A stretch of 63,750 nucleotides of DNA, filler included, from Octopus bimaculoides (taxonomy: Eukaryota): NCBI RefSeq assembly GCF_001194135.2. It is 8 parts of 8 records of this genome, joined end to end, with 100 filler letters (N's around TTAATTAATTAA, not from the genome) between each part and the next. Parts side by side here need not be neighbours in the genome. Positions count along the whole stretch, not along the records: positions 23,255 to 49,223 come from NC_068985.1; 7 more parts are not named here. One strand, given 5' to 3'. The first letter of the stretch is position 1. Every line of letters begins with the position of its first letter. Shown here piece by piece: positions 24,980-39,204 of this stretch. The notes beneath the pieces are model-generated. The model was not told the origin of the DNA. It was given only the letters and a program-made list of their open reading frames with translations, and did not search any database. The translations under genes were made by a program, and so were the position numbers.

Positions 24980-26130
24980 TTTCAGATGTCGAGAAATAAT
25001 AGTGGTGATGACGATGATGGCGAACGTTACCTTACCTCAGTTAATGAGAGACAGAAGTTTCCCCAAAACTCTGGTTGTAACAGCGAAAATGAAGTTAGAC
25101 ATTTAAGAGAAGGCCTCTCGCTCGGCGGTTGATCAGTAAAGATGCAGACTGTCATCCTAATACAGCATCAGCAGATAATAGAGCAAGGAGAAGGTAGTGT
25201 ACCTGCGAAGAAAACATGAAAATAACACAGTGCTTCTTAGACAGTGAACCTAAAAGAAACAGATGTTAACAGTTTGGCTGGAGAAGTGTATGCTTAAGGT
25301 GACAGACCAGAGATTAGATGATCAAGCTAATGCTATGAGAAGAAAGTGGCTGGCAGAATTGGAGGCAGAAGATATCGCAGGAGAACAGGAAAAGAAAGAC
25401 CAGTCAGTGTGAAAGGCAAACAACAACATGAGAGATACATCTATCTCAAACCGAAGAAGAATCTAAAGAAAAAAAATAATACCGCTAACAAAAAGGAAGG
25501 GACATCAGGCTCCAAAGACTTGAGGAAGATCAGAAGATTTTAGATGAATTGCAGGAAGTAATGAGAAAAGAAGTAAGAAAAAAAATTGTCAGCATTAAAA
25601 GACATCAACAGAAGGAGGCTACAAGAAATGACTAGGAAATTAGATTCTGTTATCAGGAGGATAGATACTAAAAATATTATTGATATATAAATGAGGGGTA
25701 GCAGCAAACTTGTAGACTAATAGATGTAAGTATTCCCACTGACATAAATATGTCTGTAAAGGAATTTGACGAAATATAAGGACCTTGAAATTGAAATACA
25801 AAAGATGTAGCATTTTAAAGCGAGAACTGTTCCCGATATTATAGGCATTATAAGAAAGGAATGTCAGAAACGTCTAGATAACGTCCCAGGAGATCCATGT
25901 CTCAGAGAAATCCAAAAGATTTTACTTCCACATCCTTAGATAAATTTTATCAATGTTAATGTCTCCGTTGTATTATATATAAATATGTTGCTACTGCCCG
26001 TGCCATTCCCCTTCCCAAACTTTCAGAGATATTGTAACATTGTTTGTCCTTCACGCGGCCTAGGATGCTGGGTGTGTCTCGGCAAGTGATTGTAAGAAAC
26101 ATGCACGCTAAAATTTAATAATAATAATAA
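24980..26130 (+). mobile_element. Old, internally deleted R4/Dong-like LINE (ORF N-terminus, REL end, 3' UTR, AAT tail)
   Basis: EENMKITQCFLDSEP..VTDQRLDDQA..WLAELE; DVSIPTDINMSVKEFD..KYKDLEIEIQKM; ends in taataataataa at ~26116-26130. Confidence 0.7.
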
Positions 26131-26132
26131 TA

Positions 26133-26648
26133 TAATGGTATAAACACACGCCAGAAAAGGTCACAGAAAATGAGAAAGCAACCATACTCTGGGATATGCC
26201 AGTGCACACAGATGGACAAATTAAGGCCAATAGACCAGATATAGTTGTCAAAGATCATGAAGGAAAAAAATGCTTTCTAATTGATGTATCAATACCAGCA
26301 GATGACAACGTTTCCCTAAAAGAAATGGAGAAACTTTCAAAATACAAAGACCTGGAAATAGAGGTAACTCGAATGTGGAATCTAAAAACAGAAACAATTC
26401 CTATCATAGTAGGTGACGTAGGTATAGTAAAAAAATATTCAGACAAATACATAACAAAAACACCAGGACTTACAAATATATATAACATACAGAAAATTGC
26501 ACTACTGGGCACTGCACGCATCCTACGCTAAACACTTTCAATACAGTAAACATAAGAGCATCACAGCAAACCACAGCACATACCCAAGGCACACAGAGCT
26601 GCGCTCGGTAGTGAAGTGAAAGCACCTTATAAAAATAAAACTACTGAA
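26133..26648 (+). mobile_element. Young 5'-truncated R4/Dong-like LINE (REL endonuclease plus 3' UTR)
   Basis: WYKHTPEKVTENEKATILWD...NRPDIVV...LIDVSIP...KLSKYKDLEIE (PD..D..K REL core); AAT repeats on both sides. Confidence 0.9.
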
Positions 26649-26652
26649 CAAC

Positions 26653-26731
<79 letters not shown>

Positions 26732-26740
26732 TTAATAATC

Positions 26741-26772
<32 letters not shown>
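26649..26772. repeat. (AAT)n microsatellite / LINE tail
   Basis: Direct reading. Confidence 0.95.
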
Positions 26773-26773
<1 letters not shown>

Positions 26774-27369
26774 TCTTTATTAGAATTAAAATATTTTGTT
26801 TCTGTACTGAGAGTTATATACGTGTTTCAGCAATTATATCATAAGGCAAGTTTAGTTTTGGGTAGAAATGGGAACAGTAGCCAGCCTTCCTACGTTGATT
26901 GTTCATAAAGTATTAGCATTTTGTTCCTATATAGATTATGATGATCGGAATCAAAAATATTTACTAATGACAATGATAGAATGTGCGTGCAGTATTTTGG
27001 TTTTCAAGCTGTCATGTATTATGTGTGTAAGATATGTGAGCTGCATGGTGGTTGAATGAAGTAGTTTGAATTTACGTTGCCAGTTCGAAAGGAGATTATG
27101 GGTTCGCAATGTCACGGATGAGGCTTTCTAGGATTTATGATAGTGTGCATGTGATGTGTGGGGGTCATTCTGTTTCGGTCGGGTCATTGCTTGATTTTAG
27201 AATTGTTATATGTTTGACAAGTTTTCACATTCAGCAAAGACAATTACTGTTTTCTTCAACGAGAGATTGTCATTAAATACATTGGAATTTGTTCTGTGTT
27301 CCCTGATCAGAAAAGTGTTTTAAAGTTTTACTTTGTTAAAAGATAACTTAGTTGGTATTATTACACGAT

Positions 27370-27433
27370 GATTATGATGGTGGTGGTGGTGGTAGTGGTG
27401 GTGGTGTTTGTGGTGGCGGTGATGATGATGATG

Positions 27434-27471
<38 letters not shown>

Positions 27472-27570
27472 GAAGAAGAAGAAGAAGAAGAAGAAGAAGA
27501 AGAAGAAGAAGAAGAAGAAGAAGAAGAAGAAGAAGAAGAAGAAGAAGAAGAAGAAGAAGAAGAAGAAGAA
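27370..27570. repeat. Compound microsatellite (GAT)(GGT)(GAT)n(GAA)n
   Basis: Direct reading. Confidence 0.95.
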
Positions 27571-28065
27571 TCAAAATACCATAGAGCTTTCAATTCATTT
27601 ATAATTTTTATTATTTCTTCATTGTGGCGTGTTTATCTTTCCAATCTGACGTTTATATGGCCTAGGTAACCCTGCTTATACAGAGCTTTAACCGGAAGTA
27701 AACATATCATGACGATCAAGTTCTTTTTCGCGTAGCCGGAATACCATATACCACATTACTGCATACACACGTATCATTTTAGAAACACTAGTTTGAAGAA
27801 TAAAGAAAACTGTTGGGACATTCATTTTCTACTCCAGTTCAGAATTCTTGCGACAAACAAAAATGAATATAATACACATATAGACTAACATGCAGATTCA
27901 TAATTGCTGTTTTTCGTTGTCTTAAAATGTGGCCACCTGTTACGAATCATCACCTAGGAGCAGTGTTGTAAGAAGGACAAGCATTAACTATTCTTACCGT
28001 AGGTAACATTGAATGCATGTTTTTATTGTCGATTATTAGGATCACGCGAATTATATGCATATATA

Positions 28066-28211
28066 CAAGGGCTGTATAGAAAGTTTTCAGCCTTCAATGC
28101 CTTTGAGCCTTGAAATCTTGTACCTTCATCAGAAGTCTTGTACCTTCATCAGACGTCTTGTACCGTATTTGTTTTTCTTTTTTAGGCTCAAGACTTTTCA
28201 TACACCCCTCA
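28066..28211. mobile_element. 146-bp Tc1/mariner-type MITE
   Basis: TA flanks; TIRs caagggctgtatagaaagttttcagcct vs rc tgaggggtgtatgaaaagtcttgagcct; interior 20-bp unit repeated ~2.5 times. Confidence 0.7.
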
Positions 28212-28703
28212 TATATATTCAGTTCACTTTTTCATTAAGATATGATCAACAAAAGACTATATATACCATGTGGTGAGAGATGAATATTGTTTAAAGTACA
28301 CAGTATATAGTTATAAGCTACGAACAGTTTCATACATTGAAAGCCAGGTTTTAAGACACGCCTACTGTCTCCAAGTAATCACGGGCTCGGGGCGCATGAC
28401 CTATACAAATTACAAATCAGGAGAATAGAACAAGGGAAACTACGAGAAAAAATCGAGATGAAATTGTGTTCAAAAATTGGTGTGGTGAAAGGAAACGAAA
28501 AAAAGTAAAAAATGAAGATTTTGAGTTATGTCCCCTTGACCGTAGAGTCGTAAGGCTAGATGGTGTAGAATAAACGGAGGTTATGAAGCCTGCGATACTA
28601 TTGCTCAATTCTGAGAGCGTGGTGTTCTACAATTCGCAAATAGAGAAATAACTCAATAAAACTCAGAAGTATCTTTAGCCCTGAAAATCACTGTCATTAC
28701 TAA

Positions 28704-28960
28704 AGTAAAAATAAAAGCAGAGTTCCTTCCTGAATCATATACAACCCCTAAGGACGGTTTTACGGTTTCTATAGCGTATCTATTCCCCACTTGGACAGGA
28801 CGCCGGTCCGTGGCAGGGTTACTTATTTTTGGCTGCTGAGTGGACTGGAGCAACGTGAAATGAAGTGTTTTGCTCAAGAACAAAAAGCTTCACCCAGTCT
28901 AGGATTCAAAACCAAAACTCATGAGCCCTAAACCCTAACCACTAAGCCATGGGCCTCCAC
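28704..28960 (-). mobile_element. tRNA-derived SINE with target-site duplication
   Basis: Direct repeat tgtcattactaa at 28692-28703 and 28961-28972; tRNA-like head gtggaggcccatggcttagtggttaggg on minus. Confidence 0.8.
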
Positions 28961-28974
28961 TGTCATTACTAACC

Positions 28975-29830
28975 TAGCCAAAGTTCATTTTTAGATGATT
29001 TCCTTCATTTAATCCCCCACTCTTATAAACTGTACCATAAGCCCAACGAGAAACTTTCCCGTGTACACAAACAGTCTGCCACCTCCTGAGTGATAACTAA
29101 TATTAATAATAGGTATCTATCTTCTATTTTTCTGAAGAAAGTTTTGATTAGGCACACCCCCACTATAACAATGCCCTAGTTAACAGTGGCTTGAAAGTTA
29201 AGTTATATTACAACCTTTCTGGTAATAATACGAATAATATATAACATAAGAATAGTCATAGGAAAATTACTTGACCTCCTCTTCTGCCTATTTTAGAAAG
29301 AATTTCTCAGAAAATCAAAACACATAACGATTTTTAACAAACGCTAAAGTAAATTATCTTATAGCTGCTTCCACTATATGAGGTGCATCATTACCTGCAA
29401 ACTCTACTAAGAGCCTATTCCCAGTTTTAACCATCGAGGCCCAAGAGCTTGCTGAATCGACGAGGAGTGTATGATAAACTCCATTATATATGAAGCAGAA
29501 ATTACAGCTACGCTACATGATAACCTAATCAAAGGAGAATTGCATTGGCGTACGCTATCCCCTTATCTTCTCTCTGTCACATGGATAAAACCACTAAGTT
29601 GGCTAAGATAGTACGAGCTTTGAAGAACAACTCCACACCACATGTAATCCAGTGGAAAATTGTAGAAAAATTTATATCATTATTAATGGATAAAAAAATA
29701 ATGCAAGTCATGTGTAACTGAAAGATCGCATATCAATTTTAGATATAAGAATTCCATCGCATTGCTGAGTTCCAAATCAGAAAATTTCAGCAAATTCCAA
29801 CATATGGACAGGTTTCTTCTGGCGAATAGA
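28975..29830 (+). mobile_element. Decayed Penelope-like element (RT thumb, linker, GIY-YIG endonuclease)
   Basis: YKLYHKPNEKL, HYNNALVNSG, IFNK..KLSYSC, ECMINSIIYEAEIT and IQWKIVEK match PLE consensus motifs; many stops. Confidence 0.75.
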
Positions 29831-30154
29831 AGAACACCGCCCTCTACGGATTGAGCAGCTGTACTGCAGATTTCAGAACCCTTCCGTTGATTTTTCACTA
29901 TCTAGTCTAACGACTGTGAGGCTAGTGGTGACATAATTCTAATTCTTTTTTTCTTATTTTTTCATTTATTTTTCCGTTCTCTTTTTTTACAATTACAATT
30001 TTTAAACCAGTATTAATTTAGTTGTTTTCTCGTGATTTCTCTTGCTCTGATTTGTAACTTGCATAGATTATGTGCTCAGAACTTGAAGTTTTACTTGGAG
30101 ATACTAGACGTGTTTTAAAACCTGCCTAGATAATACGTTCAGTATGCTCATAAC

Positions 30155-30199
<45 letters not shown>

Positions 30200-30240
30200 N
30201 NNNNNNNNNNNNNNNNNNNNNNNNNNNNNNNNNNNNNNNN

Positions 30241-30283
<43 letters not shown>

Positions 30284-32930
30284 CATCATCATGTCGTTAA
30301 AGTTAAGCATTTAGGTGCGACCGTCTGTAGCTAGACATTTGAAGCGATTGGAATAGATATATTATTTTCATACCTGTGGTTTGTTTATATGTATAGGGAT
30401 CAGTTACAAATTGTTGTAGAACAATTTGTGTCGTGAGGTTACAACTGAATATCTACAACACGGAAGGTTTGGAGAATATTCTTGTAAATTTTGTTACACT
30501 ACATGTATCATACATTAATAAGAAGAAATACATTAGATAAATAGACAGCTGGATAAACGTCAAGATTAATACACAAGAATACTTTACATTAGTCGAACAG
30601 ATATTCGGTTTATATTATAAAAGAACAAAGTGATACTACACCTCGCGGAGCAATGTTCTAAAGTTTCCTGGAGAATTCGAGCGACTCAGATTGCCAGTTC
30701 ATATAAATCTGGGTAGGACTTTCCACTTCATATAAATCTAGGTAGAACTTCACACAGCAAATTCACATAATTTTCTTTAATGTTCTCTACCATTAGTTGA
30801 TAGACACCAGCCAAGAATCATTTACATGATTGCTCTCTTCGATCAAGGACTTGGACAGAATTTTAGAGCTATATATGATTTGGTTTAAATTTGGAGAAAG
30901 CCTTACTACGTTCATATATACATACATACATACAGATATATATGCATGTGTATATATGTTTATGCGGTGATTTGGTAAGCGGTGTTGTGTTTTACAATTC
31001 TGTAAATAACGATAATAATATTTTATGAGCTTAAACCTTATAAGCAATCCCTATGTATTGACTGAAGATAATAGTCTAATATCGGGGCATATAAGGCCAA
31101 CTTTTATCCGTCGAAAACTTATATGCCCCAATATTAGATTATTTTCTTATAAAATATTATCATTATTATTTACACAACATATATTTATGTATATATGCAT
31201 GTATCCTGTAACAATTTACTTTTCTTTTAGACCTCCTTTTTTTATTTTTACAACTAGCTCAAATCTGTGATGAGTGATCGCTAATATATTTTTTCTCTGC
31301 ATGTAAATATTGTTCCCCTATAAGTTCAATCCATTAGAATCCAGAGAGAGAATATAACACAGCATCTCGATATTTTCTCACTAAAACTTTGTTTTGAGCG
31401 TAATAATATTATTCGCGTAATACCTTCGTTTGTAAAGATCCTGTGTCTCAGTAAATGAGTGAGTTACAAGCAATTTTATTACAGTTACTTACCAAATGAA
31501 TTTAGTAAGTTCTGATTCTAAAAATATATATGGAATGTATGCAATCCAATTCTCGTAAGTAACATCACAGGGATGGATGTAGACGACGTACACATCAGGG
31601 ATTATTTGCAAAATAGTTAAAGTGGTTTACTCAGGTTTAATCTGTTTGAGTAGATACGTAAATATCTTCCAGTCATGACCATCTAGTCATTTTAGTATAT
31701 CAGATAATACACTGTGGAATTTATCCATCTATAAGATGATAAGGAATGATAGGAAGCTACAGAAAAGAAAAAAAGTAAAGAAATATAGGCAGAAAGATAG
31801 AAAAAAACAGAACAGCGATGATTCATTATCCACTCTATTATGATAATCGCCATCGGCATCGTCGTCATGATGAACGTCACAATTATAATCATAATAATGT
31901 GATTTGCTATCATCAGCACCAAGAGTATCATCAGCAAACATTATGAATGGTACTCCTGCCACCCCTACCACTATGTCCACCAACAACTCGTAATGTTACC
32001 GTCTATAAACATCACGAACTGCAATCAAACATATACCTTTATGTAGAACACAGCCAATAAGATGTACAACCACTATCATCATCACCTGTGATTATCAACC
32101 AATGCAGCACTGCCTCCTACAACATTACTAATATAACATCTACAACTTGTAGTAATGCAAGCATCAATATAGCCGACCATTATCAATAACTACCACATTT
32201 ATCATGGCCTGCAATATCCCTAATGTATGGAATATTCCCATTCTGCTATAATAATTCAGGTAGGCTCTATCAAATAACATTGGCACAATTCTAAGTTCGT
32301 CAACGTTTACACACTCGCAACAGGAAATTATATATTTTTACTACAAAACCAAAGGAATACGGTTTCTTCTCTCTCACCATCACCATCAATTCTTGACTGT
32401 GTCTTTGCGTGAAAGCAAAGAGAAATGCCAGGCTAATTCATTCGACACACAGACGAGAGTAATTTTCTAATCAATATTACACTCTCACACACCACACGCT
32501 AAGATATATTTGTACGCATACTAAAATGCATACATATGTATATTTTATTACATACAAACTCAAAGAACACAGATACTCACACACGCACACACACACACAT
32601 GAACATGTATGTGTGTATACATGCATGCATACATACATACATACATACATACACATATATATATANNNNNNNNNNNNNNNNNNNNNNNNNNNNNNNNNNN
32701 NNNNNNNNNNNNNNNNNNNNNNNNNNNNNNNNNNNNNNNNNNNNNNNNNNNNNNNNNNNNNNNNNNNNNNNNNNNNNNNNNNNNNNNNNNNNNNNNNNNN
32801 NNNNNNNNNNNNNNNNNNNNNNNNNNNNNNNNNNNNNNNNNNNNNNNNNNNNNNNNNNNNNNNNNNNNNNNNNNNNNNNNNNNNNNNNNNNNNNNNNNNN
32901 ACATACATACATATACATACATACATACAT

Positions 32931-32964
<34 letters not shown>

Positions 32965-33287
32965 TCACACATACCCATATATATACATATATATATTTAC
33001 TCACACAGACACAGACACAAACATATATATAACGCTTTTGGTTATTTATATAAAACATTATTCAAGAGTCAACTAATTTATATAGATATATGTATGTCTA
33101 TATATACACATGCAAACACACAAACTCATACTAAACGCTTCTAGCTATTTATATAAAACATTAATCATGAGTCTAATATGTGTGTATGTCCGTGTGTGTG
33201 TATGGTGTATGCATATATGCGCCTATAGACAAATTGTGTATACATACATATACACATACATCCGTAATAAATATGTCTCTCTTCTCT

Positions 33288-33327
<40 letters not shown>

Positions 33328-33328
33328 G

Positions 33329-33376
<48 letters not shown>

Positions 33377-33422
33377 TATGTATATGTATGTGTATATATA
33401 TATGTATATATATTTACATATA

Positions 33423-33520
<98 letters not shown>

Positions 33521-34500
33521 TGTGTGTGTATGTGCGTGTGTGTGTGTGTGTGTGTATCAATGTATCAATTGATCTATTCATATATCTTTCTATCTCTCTC
33601 TCTAACCATATACCCCTCTAGATTGAAGTGAGCTTTGCTATCACTTACTTTCGGTTTTTCCCTCTATTCGACAGAATGGCGGATTCAGTGAACTTTACCC
33701 GGATGTTCATGCAATGCTTTACATCACCATCAAAGATGTTATACATCCTACTTAAAAGTTGTCCATCTTTTGTAAAGATCACATAGCATAAATATTTGAT
33801 GTGATTTACACGCCGAATTATGTACGGCGAGAACTATGGACAGTGATTAAAGATATTCAACCCAAAAGGATGGACATAGCAACTGCGAATAAAGATACAC
33901 AATATTAAACGTAGGAGTAAATTAAATACGGTGCCTGACCAAACTGCACATTACTGGCTGAAATATTCTCATTGCATTTCAGTGATAATTTACTTAAGTA
34001 ACGCCAATGTTTAGACACAGAACCGAGTATTACTGCAACTTTACCAAGGAGCACATTTAATAAGACATGTAACAGCTTACGAACAAAAGCACATCTACAC
34101 AAGCACCCACATTTATCTAGACATTTAAATGTATAAAACATAACTACATTCGTACATACCAGCACACTTATATTCGTAGGTACATGCATACAGAGATTTA
34201 GATAAATGCACACGCACTTGTATATACATATGTATATATATGTAAATACATTTGCATACGTGTACATTTATACGTACATACGTTTATACACAAACAGGTA
34301 GTTAGATGTATATATCTATGTATATGCATTGTGATCAATAAATCCACTTCGCAATCATGTGTTTCCATGTTCGATTCCATTATTCTGAACCTTGAACGAA
34401 CTTCTCGTATAGCTACGGAAATAAATATTTGGAATAAAATTTCTGGCACGAAATATACCAAGAATGATATCTAACGCACACACACACACACGCACACACA

Positions 34501-34535
<35 letters not shown>

Positions 34536-34602
34536 GAACACACGTACACACACACACACACACACACGTACACACGTACACACACACGAGCGTGAGCATT
34601 AG

Positions 34603-34652
<50 letters not shown>

Positions 34653-35199
34653 AAGCATAATTATGAAAATTTGATTATAATAAAGGGTGCTGAAGGGACA
34701 TCGCCTGTGCGTTAGAAATAGACCTCAAATGACTACAACCCACTTAAGTTATTGCTCCGTTTAAAACAACGCTCTGTTTAAAACAAGGCTCTGTACCTTA
34801 AGATTTCAGGTTTTGCGATATTAATATCGCTTTACGATCTTTAGTAGAGTACACCGTTCGTAAATAAATGAGAAATGCATATACATATCATAGATATAGT
34901 GTCGTACAAATGCGAATATAAACATGCATTATCACATATATATATACGAAGTAAAAACTCCATCGTGCATTTCAGTCATGTTTGTTGTGTTTGTGCATGT
35001 ATGCATATATGTTTGTATGTTCTCGGTTGTTTCTAATTATATAAATCCTTCCTCTATGGAAAGAGTTGATTTACATCTAAGACACAAAGTTTAATCGCTG
35101 TAATGTAGATAACAAATACATCGCATTTAGACTTGAGAAAATTCTGGATTATTTTTACTGTTCCATTTACAGGTTGTATTAGTAATGTCAGAGTTATTT

Positions 35200-35900
35200 G
35201 GTTGATTTCTTTCTCTGAAAACTCTAGTTTATTCAGAATGCGACTTCAGCATTTACTCACAAAAGAAATCACAGCAATTATTTTTGGTATAACTGTGAAT
35301 TTATAATCTGAATATCGAAACCGGAATTTTCGAAGTATTTGCTCGTAGTTGTTCTTTACCTCTTTGGTTTTCAAACTGATATTCACATCAGCAGGATAGC
35401 TTAGCTCTATGACGGACATCCTTTTACTTGTCTGATCCAATCAACATTATCCGGCCTGTTATGTTAACACTTCACACATGTATTCATGGGTATGTTCCAC
35501 CAGTCTTTCTTCTGTAGATGATTGCGTGTGTATTCAGTAACTGGGGGATTCTCTACATTTATTCCAGGACTTTTTCCGGATGGTATCCTATACTGCTTTT
35601 GTTTTTTTTTGTTTTTTTTTTTGTCAAGGACGTGTCACATACGGAGGTGGTACATAGATGTCATTTCTGGGTAGTTGCTTATCACATGTGGTGTGTTCAA
35701 CCGAAATATGACATAATACACATTTTGGTTGCATCTTGGAGCTCCAAGGACTTCGTTGTCTCTTTCCTTCATTAGGTATTTCGTAGAAATTTCCTGATGA
35801 TGGTCCGGAAATGATTTGACTTCGAAGTGTAATGTGATGCAGATGTCACAAATTCAATAGAGACTGCGCTTCATGACGATATTGTACGTATGTATTGGTG
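35200..35900 (-). mobile_element. Decayed REL-type non-LTR retrotransposon C-terminus (zinc knuckle plus endonuclease)
   Basis: CVLCHISVEH.., HNRPDNV, MSVIELSYPADVNI..KEVKNNYEQ. Confidence 0.7.
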
Positions 35901-36339
35901 AACGCAATTGAATCTCCCTTAAGTTATAATCACTATCTGTATATCATTCTAAATACTTATATACCACTGGAAAACAGAATGTTACGGTTTCTGTTTCAGA
36001 GTAAAATCTCTTCATAGATAAGTTTCAAATACACAACATACATCGCAGCAAGGGGAGAATCGTCATTGCAGTGACTCACGAGAAAGACATATTTCACCCT
36101 ACTTCGAGCATGTCAATTCGATGCTTAGATAAAATTCGTCCTTCGATGTATGGAAGATATAGAAAATAAGTTCACTGTCAAATCAGAGTCTTTGCCGTCA
36201 ACCAAACACTTGAACGGAGTTCGACCAGCTTTAGATAAAAATTGCACTCTCTTTTTGTGTATGTTTGTCTGTGTGCCTATGTTAGTGTGCATATAGGCGA
36301 ATGCCTCTGCTATCATTGTCCTGGCTCTCTGTCATTCCG

Positions 36340-36465
36340 GTTGATTCAATGAACAAAACAGCCTACTCGTGAAATTAACGCGTAAACGGCTGAACACTCC
36401 ACAGACACGCAGAGTACCTTTAAGGTAGTTCTTATGGAGATTCAGCATGACACACCGAATGAAAA
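36340..36465 (-). mobile_element. Diverged fragment of the 22583/51341 SINE body
   Basis: acagcctactcgtgaaattaacgcg...cactccacagacacg. Confidence 0.75.
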
Positions 36466-37313
36466 GGATAGCATCTCGAACTACTGCACATCTCGATTTT
36501 GCCAAAATCGATTTTCCCGAATCTCTCCCTGGTATATTACTCTGTAGAAAAAAAGAATTAGGTAAAACATAGTTATTAGAAGGGTTACGAACACTTAATA
36601 TAAGGGCGTGTCTGTATTTGTGTAGATGGAGCATTTCTGTGTAAATGCACATGCATAAATACATACGTATTTACATGCGCACGGGCATATACACACACGT
36701 ATATATACCTCTATAAATAAATATATATGTATATGTGATGGGTGTTGACTCGTTAGAGGAGTGTGACCATCGATGACAATTCATCTTATTTCTGTTTTCT
36801 GTTGTTTCTTTTTTATTCCAATGAATATGGGACCTACAAGTGCTTTTGTCAACCAGCAAGAGATTTGCAGTTTTAGTTGTATGTGCGGCATTCATATGCA
36901 TGAGGTGCAATTCAGTGCTTATTCGGTGCAGCGCTTGATGTGAGTGTGTACGTGTGTGTGTATGTGTGTGTCTCTGTGTGTCTGTGTGTGTATATGTGAC
37001 GGTGTGTGTTTTCTGACCTCCATCGTATGACTGTAAATAAATTGTACAGCGCACTGGGACTCTTCAATCGATCTAATGGATACCAGAGGTTACCTTGCTC
37101 AAGTCTACTTATTACTTCATGGCCCAAGTTGCCGAACCAATATGTTACAGAACATAAAAAAAAACAATATAAACAAAAAACAGTGGCTGTTAGGTGATAT
37201 AATCGCGAACCAGAAGGAACACGAATTACGGAGATGCACTCAATGTATATGCGTATATGTAAATGTGTATGTATATATGTGTATATCTAGCTATCAATTT
37301 CTCATTACATATA

Positions 37314-37710
37314 GGCGCAGGCATGGCTACGTCGTACGACGCTTGCTTCCGAGTCACATGGTTCCTGGTTTAGTCCCGCTGTGTGGCACCTTGGACAAGT
37401 GTCTTCTGCTATAACCTCGGGCCAACCAACGCCTTGTGACTTGATTTGATTGACGGAATCAGAAAGAAGCACGTCGTATATATATTTATGTATCTTTGTG
37501 TGCATGTGTCTTTCTGTATGGATTTGTACATTTACCCACGCTTAACAACTGGTGTTGATCTGTTTGAGTCTCTGTAACGTAGCGATAAAAAAGACCGATA
37601 GATTAAGTATCAGGCTTAAAAGCTAAGTACTGGCATCGATTTATTCCACTAAAAATTGAAGGCCGTGTCCCAGCATGACCGCAGTCTAATGGCTTAAACA
37701 AGTAAATGAT
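37314..37710 (+). mobile_element. tRNA-derived SINE with internal TA/GT microsatellite (same family as 54779, 52796)
   Basis: ggcgcaggcatggct...gtggcaccttggacaagtgtcttct shared with 54779-54945. Confidence 0.8.
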
Positions 37711-38750
37711 AAAATATTAACATATACATTTTCATATAGTGTATTCCTTTATGCGCGCGCACGAGTGTGTGTGTGTATGAAGGGTGAATTCTGAAGTTTG
37801 TGAGTTCATCTATAGCTGAGCTTAACTTTGCCTTTCATCCTCCTGCGATCGATAATAGAATTTACCTTTACATCCATACCCACACACCCGATGATTTAAA
37901 TTTGTCTCAGATCAATTTGTCAAGCACATAATCAGATTAAGTTATTAGGTATACGTGTCTGGCGATACTGATACTTATCTTAGCTGATTGGTTGCTTTAC
38001 TTCAAACAATCAAAAGTGTATATTAAGCCAAGTCTACGCAAATATATATATATTGAGCTTTAAACTTTAACACAGGCACACAAATGCCCGGTCGCACAAA
38101 GTCTTAGAAATGGTCCATGATGTTCATAAACAAATCTATTCGTGAATGATATTGAAAAGATAAATTTGTTTCATAATTAATCAGTGACGAGAAGTTTTAG
38201 ATACTATAACAACTACAGGGTTTCCTTGGTAAATGTAAAGAGATAACAATTCGAGTTGTAGGCAAATGGAGAATATATCCCGCATGGAAATATTGCTGGT
38301 TAGTAAAAGAGAAATTTAATGAATGCATAATACATAATGGACGGGTGTTTGAGTGAATGGGATTTTCATAGATGATGAATTAGAGGTAAATTAACAGCTC
38401 TTCAAATAATACTGAAGAGCTATATTACTTAATTAACAAAGAAAATTTAATGTTTCACTTAGCGAGAAGTAGAGATATAGAAATAAGCATGAACTTGTGG
38501 ATACTGTACGTTAGGTGATATTTCACTTTATCACTACTGATATTGAGTTGCCACAGTCTAGTGTTCATCGCACAGTTGCATTACGAGTAAGAAGTCGCTT
38601 GGAGAGTTGATCTGTAGTGCTGCACTTTCCATAATTCAGACATGTTCAGGATCGTTATACACATGCTGATATGAAGTGGTTAATTTTATATCCTGAAGTT
38701 TGAAGTTTGGTAATGTTCTATTCTTGACATTTGTCTCATTTGTTTTACAG

Positions 38751-38884
38751 TATATGTGTAAATTCTGGAGTTAGCCTTTATGGAGATAGAATGATAGAAT
38801 TCAATTCAAACGCGACAGACGTTTCTCTTCTGCAGTGCTTTGCTGGAGATATGCACCTAATCACAGTGGTTGTGGTTGATAACG
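38751..38884 (+). CDS. Candidate coding exon (ICVNSGVSLYGDRMIEFNSNATDVSLLQCFAGDMHLITVVVVDN), gene unassigned
   Basis: Strong acceptor ttgtctcatttgttttacag, one open frame, donor ACG|GTATTG; no recognisable domain. Confidence 0.3.
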
Positions 38885-39204
38885 GTATTGATGCAATTTA
38901 ATTTTTATGTACCTGCTCAAATTATTTTGGAGAGAGAACATCAGATAGTCTTTTATTGTGTCACTGTTACTAAGTTTAAGCACTGGTAAAGTTTAGGTAG
39001 TAAGTTTCCGATCTGGCTATACGAACAAATGTTACCTCATCTTTACCTTAACGGTGAATTTATTAATTCGTTACTGTGTTTGGTAGAATGCAGCGCGGTA
39101 TCGGTTCTGACTTCCTAATTTCTGAATTCTGACCCCATCAATCTCAACTTTGCGTTCAATCTTCTGGGACAATTGACAGTTCCGGTCGGTGGATTACCGA
39201 AATT

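Noticed and set aside
28114-28166. Short direct repeats resembling a CRISPR array (also 30698-30750 and 59487-59597)
   Set aside because: Adjacent tandem units without unique spacers, eukaryotic context, no cas genes.
31690-32230. Complex-looking His/Asp/Ile-rich ORFs
   Set aside because: Decayed CAT/CAA/AAT microsatellite sequence with no splice structure.
8020-33631. Poly-Y/T/L/E/K/S/H and YI/CV-repeat ORFs
   Set aside because: Translations of tri- and dinucleotide microsatellites; no splice or domain support.
33675-33790. Good acceptor followed by an HYR-like DVIHPT..CP peptide
   Set aside because: Needs a frameshift, every frame stops, and there is no good donor.
35793-35815. CTGATGA...GAAA hammerhead-like string
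   Set aside because: No stem I or II pairing; lies antisense within a LINE coding fossil.
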